From an uncultured Eubacterium sp. (GTDB lineage: Bacteria > Bacillota > Clostridia > Lachnospirales > Lachnospiraceae), in the NCBI GenBank assembly GCA_900550135.1, contig URQO01000005.1:925-64924 (forward strand): 64,000 bases of DNA, in the 5' to 3' direction. The position numbers were made by a program, and so were the translations under genes. Within the stretch, counting starts at the first letter, position 1. Every line of letters begins with the position of its first letter. Positions 9,287 to 18,838 of this stretch are shown one piece after another. The notes beneath the pieces were generated by a model that saw nothing but the letters and a program-made list of their open reading frames with translations, was not told the DNA's origin and did not search any database.

Positions 9287-10138
9287 TTAATCCTTTAACT
9301 GTTCTTTTAACTTTGTAATAACCAATACTTCATCAATATGTTCAAAATCTACAACAGGTATAATTTTACCTGACTGTGTCAATTCATTTGAATCTTTTGT
9401 AGTTTCAGTAACATAACCAACTAATATTCCCGGTAAAAATTTGTTACTGATTTTTGATGTAACAACCATATCACCTTCGGAAACTTTTGCTTCTTTTGGA
9501 ATTTCAGTAACAAGCATTACACCATCTTCCATCAATTTTAGATCTCCACTGGCAATTCCTGTATCCGATGTGTTTGCAAATGATACACTGACACTGCTTT
9601 CATCATCTATAATTGATCTGACTTTGGCATAATTTTTACCAACATCATATACAATTCCTACTAAACCTCCACCACTTATAACATTCATATCCTCTTTGAT
9701 ACCATCATCACTTCCCCTGTTAATTGTAAAAGTGTTAAAAAATCTACTTGTAGATTTTCCTATAACCTGAGCACCAATTTTCTTATATGATGAATAATCT
9801 TTATCTAATTTGTATAAATCTCGAAGTCTTGAAAGTTCAGACTTATTTTGGGCAAGTAAACTGTTTTCTTCTGTAAGTTCATTAACCTGTTTTTTTAACT
9901 TGTTATTTTCACTTTTTAGTTTTCTAACTGATTTTAATAAATCTGATTTGTCTGTAAACCACATTCCAATATCATTTACACCTTCCTGAAGTGGTACGAT
10001 AACTACACCTGCTACTGATTTAAAAGGTTTTGAAAAACTTTTAAATGCGAAAGATAGAATCAGTGAAGCTATACATAAAAGTGTAAGCACAAATATTAAA
10101 ATTTTTGGATTAACATTAATCTTTTTTTGTCTTTTCAT
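9287..10138 (-). CDS. mreC: Rod shape-determining protein MreC
   Basis: TM plus coiled coil plus INRGSDDGI, GLVG, GDMVVTS, PGILVG. Confidence 0.93.
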   Translation of the reverse strand: MKRQKKINVNPKILIFVLTLLCIASLILSFAFKSFSKPFKSVAGVVIVPLQEGVNDIGMWFTDKSDLLKSVRKLKSENNKLKKQVNELTEENSLLAQNKSELSRLRDLYKLDKDYSSYKKIGAQVIGKSTSRFFNTFTINRGSDDGIKEDMNVISGGGLVGIVYDVGKNYAKVRSIIDDESSVSVSFANTSDTGIASGDLKLMEDGVMLVTEIPKEAKVSEGDMVVTSKISNKFLPGILVGYVTETTKDSNELTQSGKIIPVVDFEHIDEVLVITKLKEQLKD

Positions 10139-10162
10139 TTTATATCACCTATTTTATTGTTT

Positions 10163-11194
10163 CTAGAAAGAACTTTCCTTTGGTTCATACATTAATTTTC
10201 TGTAAACTGAATCAGACATAATCATGGAAATGCCTCTGATTACTGACTCACCGGGATGTTTTATTGTATTTACTTTTAACGATGTTTCTTTTGAAATAAG
10301 CTTGTCCAAATTGGATATTGCAGAAGATGCACCTGTTAGAAAAATACCTGTATCAATAATATCGGCACTAAGTTCCGGTGGTGTTCTTTCAAGCAAATTC
10401 TTTATTGCTTCTATAATGTCATCAAAAAACTGTTTTATTGCTTCATAAATTGTATCCTTTGAAACACCTCTTTCCGATGGAAGTCCTGTAATAACATTTC
10501 TACCATACACATACATGATATCGTCATCATTTTCATCATCTTCTGAATACATTGCATCTGAAAGAGTACACTTTATCTGCTCTGCAGTTTTTAAACCAAT
10601 GAGAATATTGTATTTTCTTTTTACAATATCACAAATAATCTGATCTAATTTGTTACCACCTATTTTTATAATACGGCTGACAACAATACCACCATGTGAT
10701 ACCACGGAAATTTCTGTTGTATCAGCACCAATATTGACAATCATATTACCCTTAGAACTTTCCATGTCTATTCCAAGACCAACAGCATCTGCAATGGGTT
10801 TTTCTACAATTTTGATTTCTCTTGCCTTAATATCTGATTTTGCAACAACATCATAAAATGCTCTTTTTTCTACTTCTGTAATATCTGCCGGAACTGCAAT
10901 ACAGAATCTACCCATTTTGCTTCCATGGGGACCTGTAAGTTTTTTGAAAAATTGTTCAAAAAGCATTTTCATACTTTTTAGGTCTGCAATTACGCCATAT
11001 TGGATTGGAAAAATAACATTAATGTTGTCAGGAGCTTTTTCATACATTTTAAAAGCTTCATCACCAAAGGCAAACATTTCATTTTTGTTTTTTATTGCAA
11101 TAATGTTTTTTTCATTTAAAGTTGTTTTTGTTAAACCGTTAAATATTTTTATATTACTTGTACCAAAATCTATTCCATAAACACTTTTACTCAT
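10163..11194 (-). CDS. mreB: MreB actin homologue with atypical nucleotide motifs
   Basis: GIDFGT, GVIAD, ITEVEKRA, LERTPPELSAD; upstream of mreC. Start taken at ATG 11194 (SD GAAAGGA). Confidence 0.88.
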   Translation of the reverse strand: MSKSVYGIDFGTSNIKIFNGLTKTTLNEKNIIAIKNKNEMFAFGDEAFKMYEKAPDNINVIFPIQYGVIADLKSMKMLFEQFFKKLTGPHGSKMGRFCIAVPADITEVEKRAFYDVVAKSDIKAREIKIVEKPIADAVGLGIDMESSKGNMIVNIGADTTEISVVSHGGIVVSRIIKIGGNKLDQIICDIVKRKYNILIGLKTAEQIKCTLSDAMYSEDDENDDDIMYVYGRNVITGLPSERGVSKDTIYEAIKQFFDDIIEAIKNLLERTPPELSADIIDTGIFLTGASSAISNLDKLISKETSLKVNTIKHPGESVIRGISMIMSDSVYRKLMYEPKESSF

Positions 11195-11210
11195 GTTTAG
11201 TCCTTTCATT

Positions 11211-11897
11211 TTATATTAATTTTAAATCTTTTAAACTTGTATGGGTTTTGTCACCGATAATCACATGGTCCAGCATTTTTATTCCTACAATATCAGCAGC
11301 AGCCTTAACTTTCAGTGTACTTTTTATGTCGTCTCTACTTGGAGTAGAATCACCACTTGGATGATTATGTATTAAAATCATGTTAACACTATTGCATTTT
11401 AAAGCTTCAACTAGTATATCACGTGGAGACACCAATGACTGATTGATGGTGCCCTGACTTACAAGTTTGTCTTTTATCAATTTACACTTTGTGTCCAGAT
11501 ACATTACATAAAGATGTTCCTTATCCAAATGTCTTAGTTTTTCCATATAAAAATCAGAAACTAAAGCAGGATTGTTGAACTTCACTGTATTGGAAGATGA
11601 CGTTATGGATATTCTTTTTGCAAGTTCTGCAATACATAAAATCTGTACTGCTTTTACACTTCCAATACCATTAAATGATAGCAAATCTTCATAACTATAA
11701 TGCATTAAGCAAAGAAGACCTGAATATCCGTCTTTGGATTTTAGCAGATTTGTTGACAAATCTTTAACATTGCTTCCTTTTGTACCTGTTCTTAAAATAA
11801 CAGACAACAAATCTATGTCTGTCATCGCAGAAGTACCATATTTCAAACATTTCTCATATGGTCTTTCATCTTTTGGCATATTTTTTATTGTATTCAT
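11211..11897 (-). CDS. radC: RadC family JAB-domain protein
   Basis: ERPYEK, LRTG, GIGSVKA, HNHPSGDSTPSRDD, LDHVIIG. Confidence 0.93.
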   Translation of the reverse strand: MNTIKNMPKDERPYEKCLKYGTSAMTDIDLLSVILRTGTKGSNVKDLSTNLLKSKDGYSGLLCLMHYSYEDLLSFNGIGSVKAVQILCIAELAKRISITSSSNTVKFNNPALVSDFYMEKLRHLDKEHLYVMYLDTKCKLIKDKLVSQGTINQSLVSPRDILVEALKCNSVNMILIHNHPSGDSTPSRDDIKSTLKVKAAADIVGIKMLDHVIIGDKTHTSLKDLKLI

Positions 11898-11963
11898 TGT
11901 ACTCCTATCCTGTTTCTCTCCAAGTACAGAATAAAAATGAATTTTTTAAAATTGACCTTACCT

Positions 11964-11992
11964 ATTGTAGCACAATAAAAAAACGGTGTATA
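11964..11992 (-). promoter_or_regulatory. Putative sigma-A promoter of radC-mreB operon
   Basis: TATACA-N17-TACAAT with extended TG. Confidence 0.45.
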
Positions 11993-12028
11993 TGTTTTTT
12001 ACAATAAAAGAAAAATAAAAACATTATT

Positions 12029-13312
12029 CTACATTATTGTAATTAAATTTTCATCAACCATATTCTGAAAGGCTTTTAATATTCCAAGTTTTGCATGTTG
12101 CCATGTAAGCCCTCCCTGAAAATATACTGCATATGGTGGCTTAATAGGACCATCAGCACTAAGTTCAATGGAAGCTCCTGATACAAAGGTACCAGCTGCC
12201 ATAATAACCGGTGCATCATATCCGGGCATATCCCAAGGCTCCGGTGTCAAATGGCTGTCAACAGGAGAAGCCTGCTGTATGCCTTTACAAAAAGCAATAA
12301 CACAGTCAGGATTTCCAAACTCTATGGCCTGTATAATATCATGTCGTTCTTCTGTTCCATTTGGTATAACATTAAAGTTAAATTTTTCAAAAAGTTTTGC
12401 TGCAAAAATAGCTCCCTTTAATGCAGAAGCGACAACTGTTGGTGCCATAAAAAGTCCTTGATAAAACAGATTCATGATACCAAGATTTGCTCCAACTTCT
12501 TTTCCAAGTCCCGGCGTTGTAAGTCTATAAGCACAGTTTTCAATGCAAACTTTTGTACCACATATATATCCACCAATTGGAGCAAGTCCACCACCTGGAT
12601 TTTTTATAAGAGAACCTACTGTCATATCGGCTCCCACATCTGATGGTTCAATTGTTTCAACAAATTCGCCGTAACAATTGTCAACCATAATTATGATATC
12701 TTTATTTATGTTTTTTATAAAAGAAATAACCTCTTTTATCTTTGAAACTGATAATGTAGGTCTGGTTGCATATCCCTTAGAACGCTGTATTCCTATTAAT
12801 TTGACGCCATCAAGTTTTGTCTTAATTCCTTCAAAATCGAAGTCACCATTTGGAAGCAAATCAACCTGGTCATATTCAACACCATATTCTTTTAAACTTC
12901 CTTTAGAATCTCTTATTCCTATAACTTCTTCCAAAGTATCATAAGGCTTTCCACTTATATACATTAATTTGTCGCCTGGTCTTAAGTTGGCTGACAATGC
13001 AAGACCAAGTGCATGTGTACCGCATGTAATCTGTGGTCTGACAAGAGCATCTTCAGTATGGAATACATCTGCATATACCTTTTCTAAATTATCCCTTCCA
13101 ATATCATTGTAACCATATCCTGTTGTTGTATTAAAATGTTCTTCAGCAACACGGTTTTTCTGAAAAGCCTGTATCACCTTTAACTGATTATATTCTGCAA
13201 CTTTGTCTATTTTATGAAATCTTTCTGATAAATCTTTTACAATTTCTGCAGATAAATCATAAACTTTATCAGATATTCCAAGTTCATTATACATTTTCTT
13301 TAATTCTTCCAT
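12029..13312 (-). CDS. YnbB-like PLP enzyme (methionine gamma-lyase/aluminium resistance family)
   Basis: TTGYGYNDIGRD, VRPQITCGTHA, DNCYGEFVE, GSLIKNPGGGLA, IELSADGP. Confidence 0.9.
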   Translation of the reverse strand: MEELKKMYNELGISDKVYDLSAEIVKDLSERFHKIDKVAEYNQLKVIQAFQKNRVAEEHFNTTTGYGYNDIGRDNLEKVYADVFHTEDALVRPQITCGTHALGLALSANLRPGDKLMYISGKPYDTLEEVIGIRDSKGSLKEYGVEYDQVDLLPNGDFDFEGIKTKLDGVKLIGIQRSKGYATRPTLSVSKIKEVISFIKNINKDIIIMVDNCYGEFVETIEPSDVGADMTVGSLIKNPGGGLAPIGGYICGTKVCIENCAYRLTTPGLGKEVGANLGIMNLFYQGLFMAPTVVASALKGAIFAAKLFEKFNFNVIPNGTEERHDIIQAIEFGNPDCVIAFCKGIQQASPVDSHLTPEPWDMPGYDAPVIMAAGTFVSGASIELSADGPIKPPYAVYFQGGLTWQHAKLGILKAFQNMVDENLITIM

Positions 13313-13315
13313 TTT

Positions 13316-14263
13316 CTATTCCTCTACTATATCTTTCTCTTTAAGAATATTTAATATATTTTCCAATATCAATTGTTTATCATAATTAAATTCATTAATA
13401 TTAATCATGTTTACTTCTTTTTCTCGCCTAAACCATGTAAGTTGTCTTTTCGCAAAGTGTCTTGTATTTTTCTTGATTAATTCTTTTGTTTCATCAAGAC
13501 TTAATTTCCCTTCAAGATATTCTACTACTTCTTTATAACCAATGCCCTGCATGGAAACCATATCTTTGTTGCAACCACTATTTAAAAGTTCTTTTACTTC
13601 CTGAATAAGCCCATTTTCAAACATAGTATCTACACGTTTGTTAATTCTTTCATACAACAATTCTCTTTTATCATTTAATACAAAGTAGGCAAAATTGTAC
13701 GGCGAAGAATTGTTCTTTTGAACTATATTGTGTTCAGATATTGGTTGTCCTGTCTGATTATAATATTCTAAAGCTCTAATAACGCGTTTTACGTTGTTTG
13801 GGTGTATGGCATCGGCCGATTTATTGTCAACTTTTCTTAACATTTCATGCAAATATAGGTTTCCTTTATTTTGGGCAATTGTTTCAAGAGATTCTCTATA
13901 TGAATTATCTGCTTCTGTGTCACAAAAATCTATATCATAAATAACTGATTGTATATAAAAACCTGTTCCACCTACTATAATAGGAATTTTGTCTTTTGCA
14001 TATATTTCATCCATTGCTTTTAATGTTAATGTTTTAAACAAATGAATATTGAATTCTTCTGCAGGTTCTAAAATATCAATTAAATAATGGTTTATGCCCT
14101 GCATTTCATCAGGTGTGATTTTTGCAGAACCAATATCCATTCCTTTATATACCTGAATTGAATCAGCACTTATAATCTCACCATTTACAGCTTTTGCAAG
14201 ATTAATTGATAATTCAGTTTTTCCAACAGCTGTTGGCCCTGTAAGAACTATCAGTTTTTTCAT
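13316..14263 (-). CDS. miaA: tRNA dimethylallyltransferase
   Basis: GPTAVGKT, DSIQVYKGMDIGSAK, GGTGFY, RHFAKRQLTWF. Confidence 0.97.
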   Translation of the reverse strand: MKKLIVLTGPTAVGKTELSINLAKAVNGEIISADSIQVYKGMDIGSAKITPDEMQGINHYLIDILEPAEEFNIHLFKTLTLKAMDEIYAKDKIPIIVGGTGFYIQSVIYDIDFCDTEADNSYRESLETIAQNKGNLYLHEMLRKVDNKSADAIHPNNVKRVIRALEYYNQTGQPISEHNIVQKNNSSPYNFAYFVLNDKRELLYERINKRVDTMFENGLIQEVKELLNSGCNKDMVSMQGIGYKEVVEYLEGKLSLDETKELIKKNTRHFAKRQLTWFRREKEVNMININEFNYDKQLILENILNILKEKDIVEE

Positions 14264-14284
14264 TATATATTACCCTTTCATAAA

Positions 14285-16135
14285 TTATATAATTCGTTTA
14301 AACTTCTTTTCCAATTCGTATTTGCTCATGGAAATAATAGTTGGTCTTCCATGAGGACAATTATATGGATTTTCCAAAGTTAACAGTTGGGAAATAAGTC
14401 TGTCAGCCTCATCATATGATAATTTACTGTTTCCTTTAACTGCAGCTTTACATGACATTGATGCAATTTTTTCGGTAATTATATCAGGAACCATTTTTCC
14501 GGCTTCATTTGTAAGTGAATCAACGATTCCCATTAATACCTGTTGGCTGTCTAATGAATATAAATCAGATGGAACACCCCTGATTACAAAATCCTGTCCA
14601 CCAAAAGGCTCTATATCAAATCCAATTTCCTTAAAACTGTCAAGATATTTGTTTACCAAATCAAATTCTTTTAATGATAAATTAAGAATAATTGGTGGAT
14701 TAATCATCTGTGTACTAATTGATTTATTCTTTAGTTTGTCCATAAGTGATTCAAACATTACCTTTTCATGAGCAGCATGCTGGTCAATTATGTACATTTT
14801 ATCTTCGTATTCAATAATCCAATATGTTTCAAAAACCTGTCCAATAATTTTGTGTTTTGGCTTTGCCGCTTCTGTTAAAAAATCATCATAGGTCTCAGTT
14901 AATTCTCTTTGTACATAAGCAGAAGTATTTTGAATTTGTCTATCATTTAAGTCATTTTCCAAAATAAGATTTTTGCTATCTGTTGTATAATCATCTGTTT
15001 CATTAACTGATTCTCCAAATGATGCCGAAAAATTGTATTCATTATGTTTTGCTGTTTCATTTCTTTTTATTTCAAATGGTTCAGGAACATATTTGTAACT
15101 TTCAGTAATTTCCTTTTCCTGTTCAAGTTTTACATCAATAATATTTGGTTTTTCAATAAGACAATCATTTATTGTTTCAGAAATTATAGGATAAATACTT
15201 TCCGATTTTCTAAAACGTAGTTCCATTTTTGATGGATGGACATTTACATCCAAAAACTCAGGATTAATTTCAAAATTAATAACTGTAAAAGGATATTTAT
15301 GCTGCATCAAAATAAATTTGTAGCCGTCTTCAATTGCCTTTGAAATGATGTTACTTTTAATATATCTTCCATTAATAAAATAATTTTCAAATGTTCGATT
15401 CCCCTTGGATATAATAGCTTTTCCAATATATCCGGATATTTTCATAAAGTCATTTTCTTCTTTTACTTCCAAAAGGTTTTGTGTAATTTCCTTACCATAG
15501 ATGCTATAAATAACATCTTTTAAATTACCATTTCCTGAAGTATGTATTCTAACTTTTCCATTACTTTTAAAATTAATTGCTATCTCCGGATGGGACAATG
15601 CAATTTTTTCCACAATATCAGCAACATAACCGGATTCTGTCTGAGCTGTTCTTAAAAACTTTCTCCTTGCAGGAGTATTAAAGAAGATGTTGTTCACAAT
15701 AAATGTTGTTCCAACAGGTATACCTATTTCTTCAAGAGCAACTTCTTTTCCACCTTCAATTCGGTATCTACAACCTACAATGCTATCTTTTGTTCTTGTA
15801 AGAAGTTCAACCTGACACACAGCAGCAATACTTGATAATGCCTCACCTCTAAATCCTAAAGATGAAACGTTTAATAAATCAAGAGCTGTTTTAATCTTAC
15901 TTGTTGTATGACGTAAAAAAGCAATACGAATGTCTTCTTTATCTATTCCTTTTCCATTGTCTGTTATACGGATTGACTTTGTACCACCATCTTCAATTTC
16001 AACAGAAATCATAGTGGCACCGGCATCAATGGAATTTTCCATAAGTTCCTTAACAATAGAAGAAGGACGCTCTACAACTTCTCCTGCAGCTATTTGATTG
16101 ATTGTGCTCTGATCAAGTTCTTTAATAATTCCCAT
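14285..16135 (-). CDS. mutL: DNA mismatch repair endonuclease MutL
   Basis: IAAGEVVERP, GFRGEALSSI, DQHAAHE, SCK, CPHGRP. Confidence 0.97.
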   Translation of the reverse strand: MGIIKELDQSTINQIAAGEVVERPSSIVKELMENSIDAGATMISVEIEDGGTKSIRITDNGKGIDKEDIRIAFLRHTTSKIKTALDLLNVSSLGFRGEALSSIAAVCQVELLTRTKDSIVGCRYRIEGGKEVALEEIGIPVGTTFIVNNIFFNTPARRKFLRTAQTESGYVADIVEKIALSHPEIAINFKSNGKVRIHTSGNGNLKDVIYSIYGKEITQNLLEVKEENDFMKISGYIGKAIISKGNRTFENYFINGRYIKSNIISKAIEDGYKFILMQHKYPFTVINFEINPEFLDVNVHPSKMELRFRKSESIYPIISETINDCLIEKPNIIDVKLEQEKEITESYKYVPEPFEIKRNETAKHNEYNFSASFGESVNETDDYTTDSKNLILENDLNDRQIQNTSAYVQRELTETYDDFLTEAAKPKHKIIGQVFETYWIIEYEDKMYIIDQHAAHEKVMFESLMDKLKNKSISTQMINPPIILNLSLKEFDLVNKYLDSFKEIGFDIEPFGGQDFVIRGVPSDLYSLDSQQVLMGIVDSLTNEAGKMVPDIITEKIASMSCKAAVKGNSKLSYDEADRLISQLLTLENPYNCPHGRPTIISMSKYELEKKFKRII

Positions 16136-16147
16136 ATTTTTATTCCT

Positions 16148-18838
16148 TTACCAGCGGTTTTTTAACTGATTTTGCAGTTTAAATAAATAATTAAGTCCCT
16201 CTATAGGGGTCATCTCGCCTAAGTCTAAATCCTGAATTTCTTTTATAATTTCATTTTCATTTACTGTATCAAACAAAGTCATCTGATGAGCATCAATATC
16301 ATCATTTATACCAGGTAAAACATTTGTACCCGGCTGTAACGATGCTGCAATGTCTTTGGCTTTGGCAGTAATGTCGGCATTACTTAGTTCTGCTACAAGT
16401 TCTTTTGCCCTATTTAATACACTTTCAGGTACTCCTGCAAGTTTTGCAACCTGAATACCATAACTTTTATCAGCTCCACCTTTTATGATTTTTCGAAGGA
16501 AAACTATATCGTCTCCCTGCTCTTTTACACTGATACAATAGTTATTTACTCCCGGAAGAGTTCCTTCAAGTTCTGTTAACTCATGATAATGCGTTGCAAA
16601 TAATGTTTTTGCACCTAGAATCTTTTTATCACAAATATGTTCAACAACAGCCCATGCTATGGATAAGCCATCAAATGTACTTGTACCACGTCCTATTTCA
16701 TCTAAAATAAGAAGACTGTTTGATGTGGCATTTCTTAGGATATTGGCAACTTCAGTCATTTCTACCATAAAAGTACTTTGACCACTGGCTAAATCATCGG
16801 ATGCACCAACTCTTGTAAAAATTTTATCACAAATTGAAATATTAGCTTCTTTTGCAGGAACATATGAACCAATTTGTGCCATTAAAACAATAAGAGCTGT
16901 TTGTCTCATATATGTTGACTTTCCTGCCATATTTGGCCCTGTAATAATTGACAGTCGATTTTTATTTGTATCAAGATATGTATTGTTTGATATAAACATA
17001 TTGTCAGGAATCATTTTCTCAACTACAGGATGTCTACCATCTTTTATATCAATAATTCCTTTTTCATTTATTTTTGGCTTTACATAATTGTTTCTGTCAG
17101 CAACATATGCCAGTGATGCAAATACATCAATTTTTGCAACAGCTTTAGCTGTCTGCTGGATTCTGTTTATCTGATTGTAAATTTCTTCCCTGACAGATGT
17201 AAAAATGTTGTATTCAAGAGAAAACAACTTGTCCTCTGCACCAACAATTACTTCTTCCAATTCTTTTAACTCATCTGTTGTATATCTTTCAGCATTTGTT
17301 AAAGTCTGTTTTCTGATGTAGTAATCAGGAACCTGTGATTTAAAGGAATTAGACACTTCAATATAGTAACCAAAAACTTTGTTAAATTTTATTTTTAATT
17401 TAGTAATGCCTGTTTTTTCTTTTTCTCTCGCTTCTAAATCTGCAAGCCATCCTTTACCCTGACTTTTGGCACTTCTTAACTTGTCGATTTCTTCATTAAA
17501 TCCAGACCTGATAATACCCCCTTCTTTAATGTTAATCGGTGGATCATCAGTTATTGAATCTTTTATTAATGCGGAAATATCCTCTAAAGTATCAAGTTGC
17601 TCAAAGATTTCTAAAAATAAAGGGGTTTCAAAATCTTTAATAATATTTTTTATATGTGGTAACATTTCAAGAGATGTTTTAAATGCAATTAAATCTCTTG
17701 GGTTTGCCGATTTATAGGAAATTTTACTAAGAAGTCTTTCTAAATCATAAATTGGAGATAAATATTCCCTTAACTCATCTCTTGTAATAATGGATTTGTT
17801 TAACTCCTCTATTACTTTTTGTCTGTTCACAATCTCTTCTTTTGATATAAGAGGCTGTTCAATATAGCTTCTAAGTGTTCTTGCACCCATTGCTGTTTTT
17901 GTCTTATCAAGAACCCATAAAAGGGAACCTCGCTTTTGCTTTTCTCTTAATGTTTCACACAATTCCAAATTTCTTCTTGTTGATGTATCAAGAATCATAA
18001 AAGTTGATGTTGAGTATGGAATTAGTTTTGATAAATGCGAAAGTGAATTTTTCTGTGTTTCATATAAGTATTTAAGTAAAGATCCTGATGCTATAATTCC
18101 GAGAGACATTTCTGAAAGGCCAAGACCAGTTAAATCCATCATTTTAAAGTGGTCCTTTAATACTTCAGCGCAATTGTCTTCGTCAAAATACCATTCCTCA
18201 AGTTCGAAAACTGATATTGAAAGTCTGTTTTTGATATCATCAATGTCCATTCCGCACATTAAAAATGAATGATTGCATATAATTTCACTTGGCATAAATT
18301 TGTTGATTTCATCTACAACATTTCTTTCAGTGTAAACTTCTGTTACATAATAGTCTCCTGTTGTAACATCGGCTATTGATATACCAAATTTACCTCCAAT
18401 ATATGCAATAGACATAAGGTAATTATTCTTGCCTTCTTCCATGGAAGCAAGGTTTAAGTTTGTACCGGGAGTTACAATTCTTGAAACATCACGTTTTACA
18501 AGACCTTTTGCAAGTGCAGGGTCCTCAACCTGTTCCACAATACATACTTTATATCCTCTTGTAACCAGTTTATTTATATAAGTATCAACAGCGTGATAAG
18601 GCACACCACACATAGGTGCTCTTTCTTCAAGTCCACAACTTTTTCCTGTAAGAGTAATTTCCATAACTTTTGATGCTTCTAAAGCATCATCAAAGAACAT
18701 TTCATAGAAATCTCCAAGTCTGTAAAAGATAATACAGTCATCATGCTGTTTTTTTGTCTCTAAATAATTCTTCATCATAGGTGTTAGATCATCAAAATGA
18801 TTCTCATACACATCCTGCATCATTTGTGGTAAGCTCAT
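16148..18838 (-). CDS. mutS: DNA mismatch repair protein MutS
   Basis: GDFYEMF, TGPNMAGKSTY, STFMVEM, DEIGRGT, ATHYHEL. Confidence 0.98.
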   Translation of the reverse strand: MSLPQMMQDVYENHFDDLTPMMKNYLETKKQHDDCIIFYRLGDFYEMFFDDALEASKVMEITLTGKSCGLEERAPMCGVPYHAVDTYINKLVTRGYKVCIVEQVEDPALAKGLVKRDVSRIVTPGTNLNLASMEEGKNNYLMSIAYIGGKFGISIADVTTGDYYVTEVYTERNVVDEINKFMPSEIICNHSFLMCGMDIDDIKNRLSISVFELEEWYFDEDNCAEVLKDHFKMMDLTGLGLSEMSLGIIASGSLLKYLYETQKNSLSHLSKLIPYSTSTFMILDTSTRRNLELCETLREKQKRGSLLWVLDKTKTAMGARTLRSYIEQPLISKEEIVNRQKVIEELNKSIITRDELREYLSPIYDLERLLSKISYKSANPRDLIAFKTSLEMLPHIKNIIKDFETPLFLEIFEQLDTLEDISALIKDSITDDPPINIKEGGIIRSGFNEEIDKLRSAKSQGKGWLADLEAREKEKTGITKLKIKFNKVFGYYIEVSNSFKSQVPDYYIRKQTLTNAERYTTDELKELEEVIVGAEDKLFSLEYNIFTSVREEIYNQINRIQQTAKAVAKIDVFASLAYVADRNNYVKPKINEKGIIDIKDGRHPVVEKMIPDNMFISNNTYLDTNKNRLSIITGPNMAGKSTYMRQTALIVLMAQIGSYVPAKEANISICDKIFTRVGASDDLASGQSTFMVEMTEVANILRNATSNSLLILDEIGRGTSTFDGLSIAWAVVEHICDKKILGAKTLFATHYHELTELEGTLPGVNNYCISVKEQGDDIVFLRKIIKGGADKSYGIQVAKLAGVPESVLNRAKELVAELSNADITAKAKDIAASLQPGTNVLPGINDDIDAHQMTLFDTVNENEIIKEIQDLDLGEMTPIEGLNYLFKLQNQLKNRW

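Noticed and set aside
11211..11897. radC as a marker of a mobile element or anti-restriction system
   Set aside because: Full-length chromosomal form in the standard radC-mreB context
13312..13316. No hfq between miaA and the ynbB-like gene
   Set aside because: hfq absence is common in Firmicutes and cannot be judged from one window
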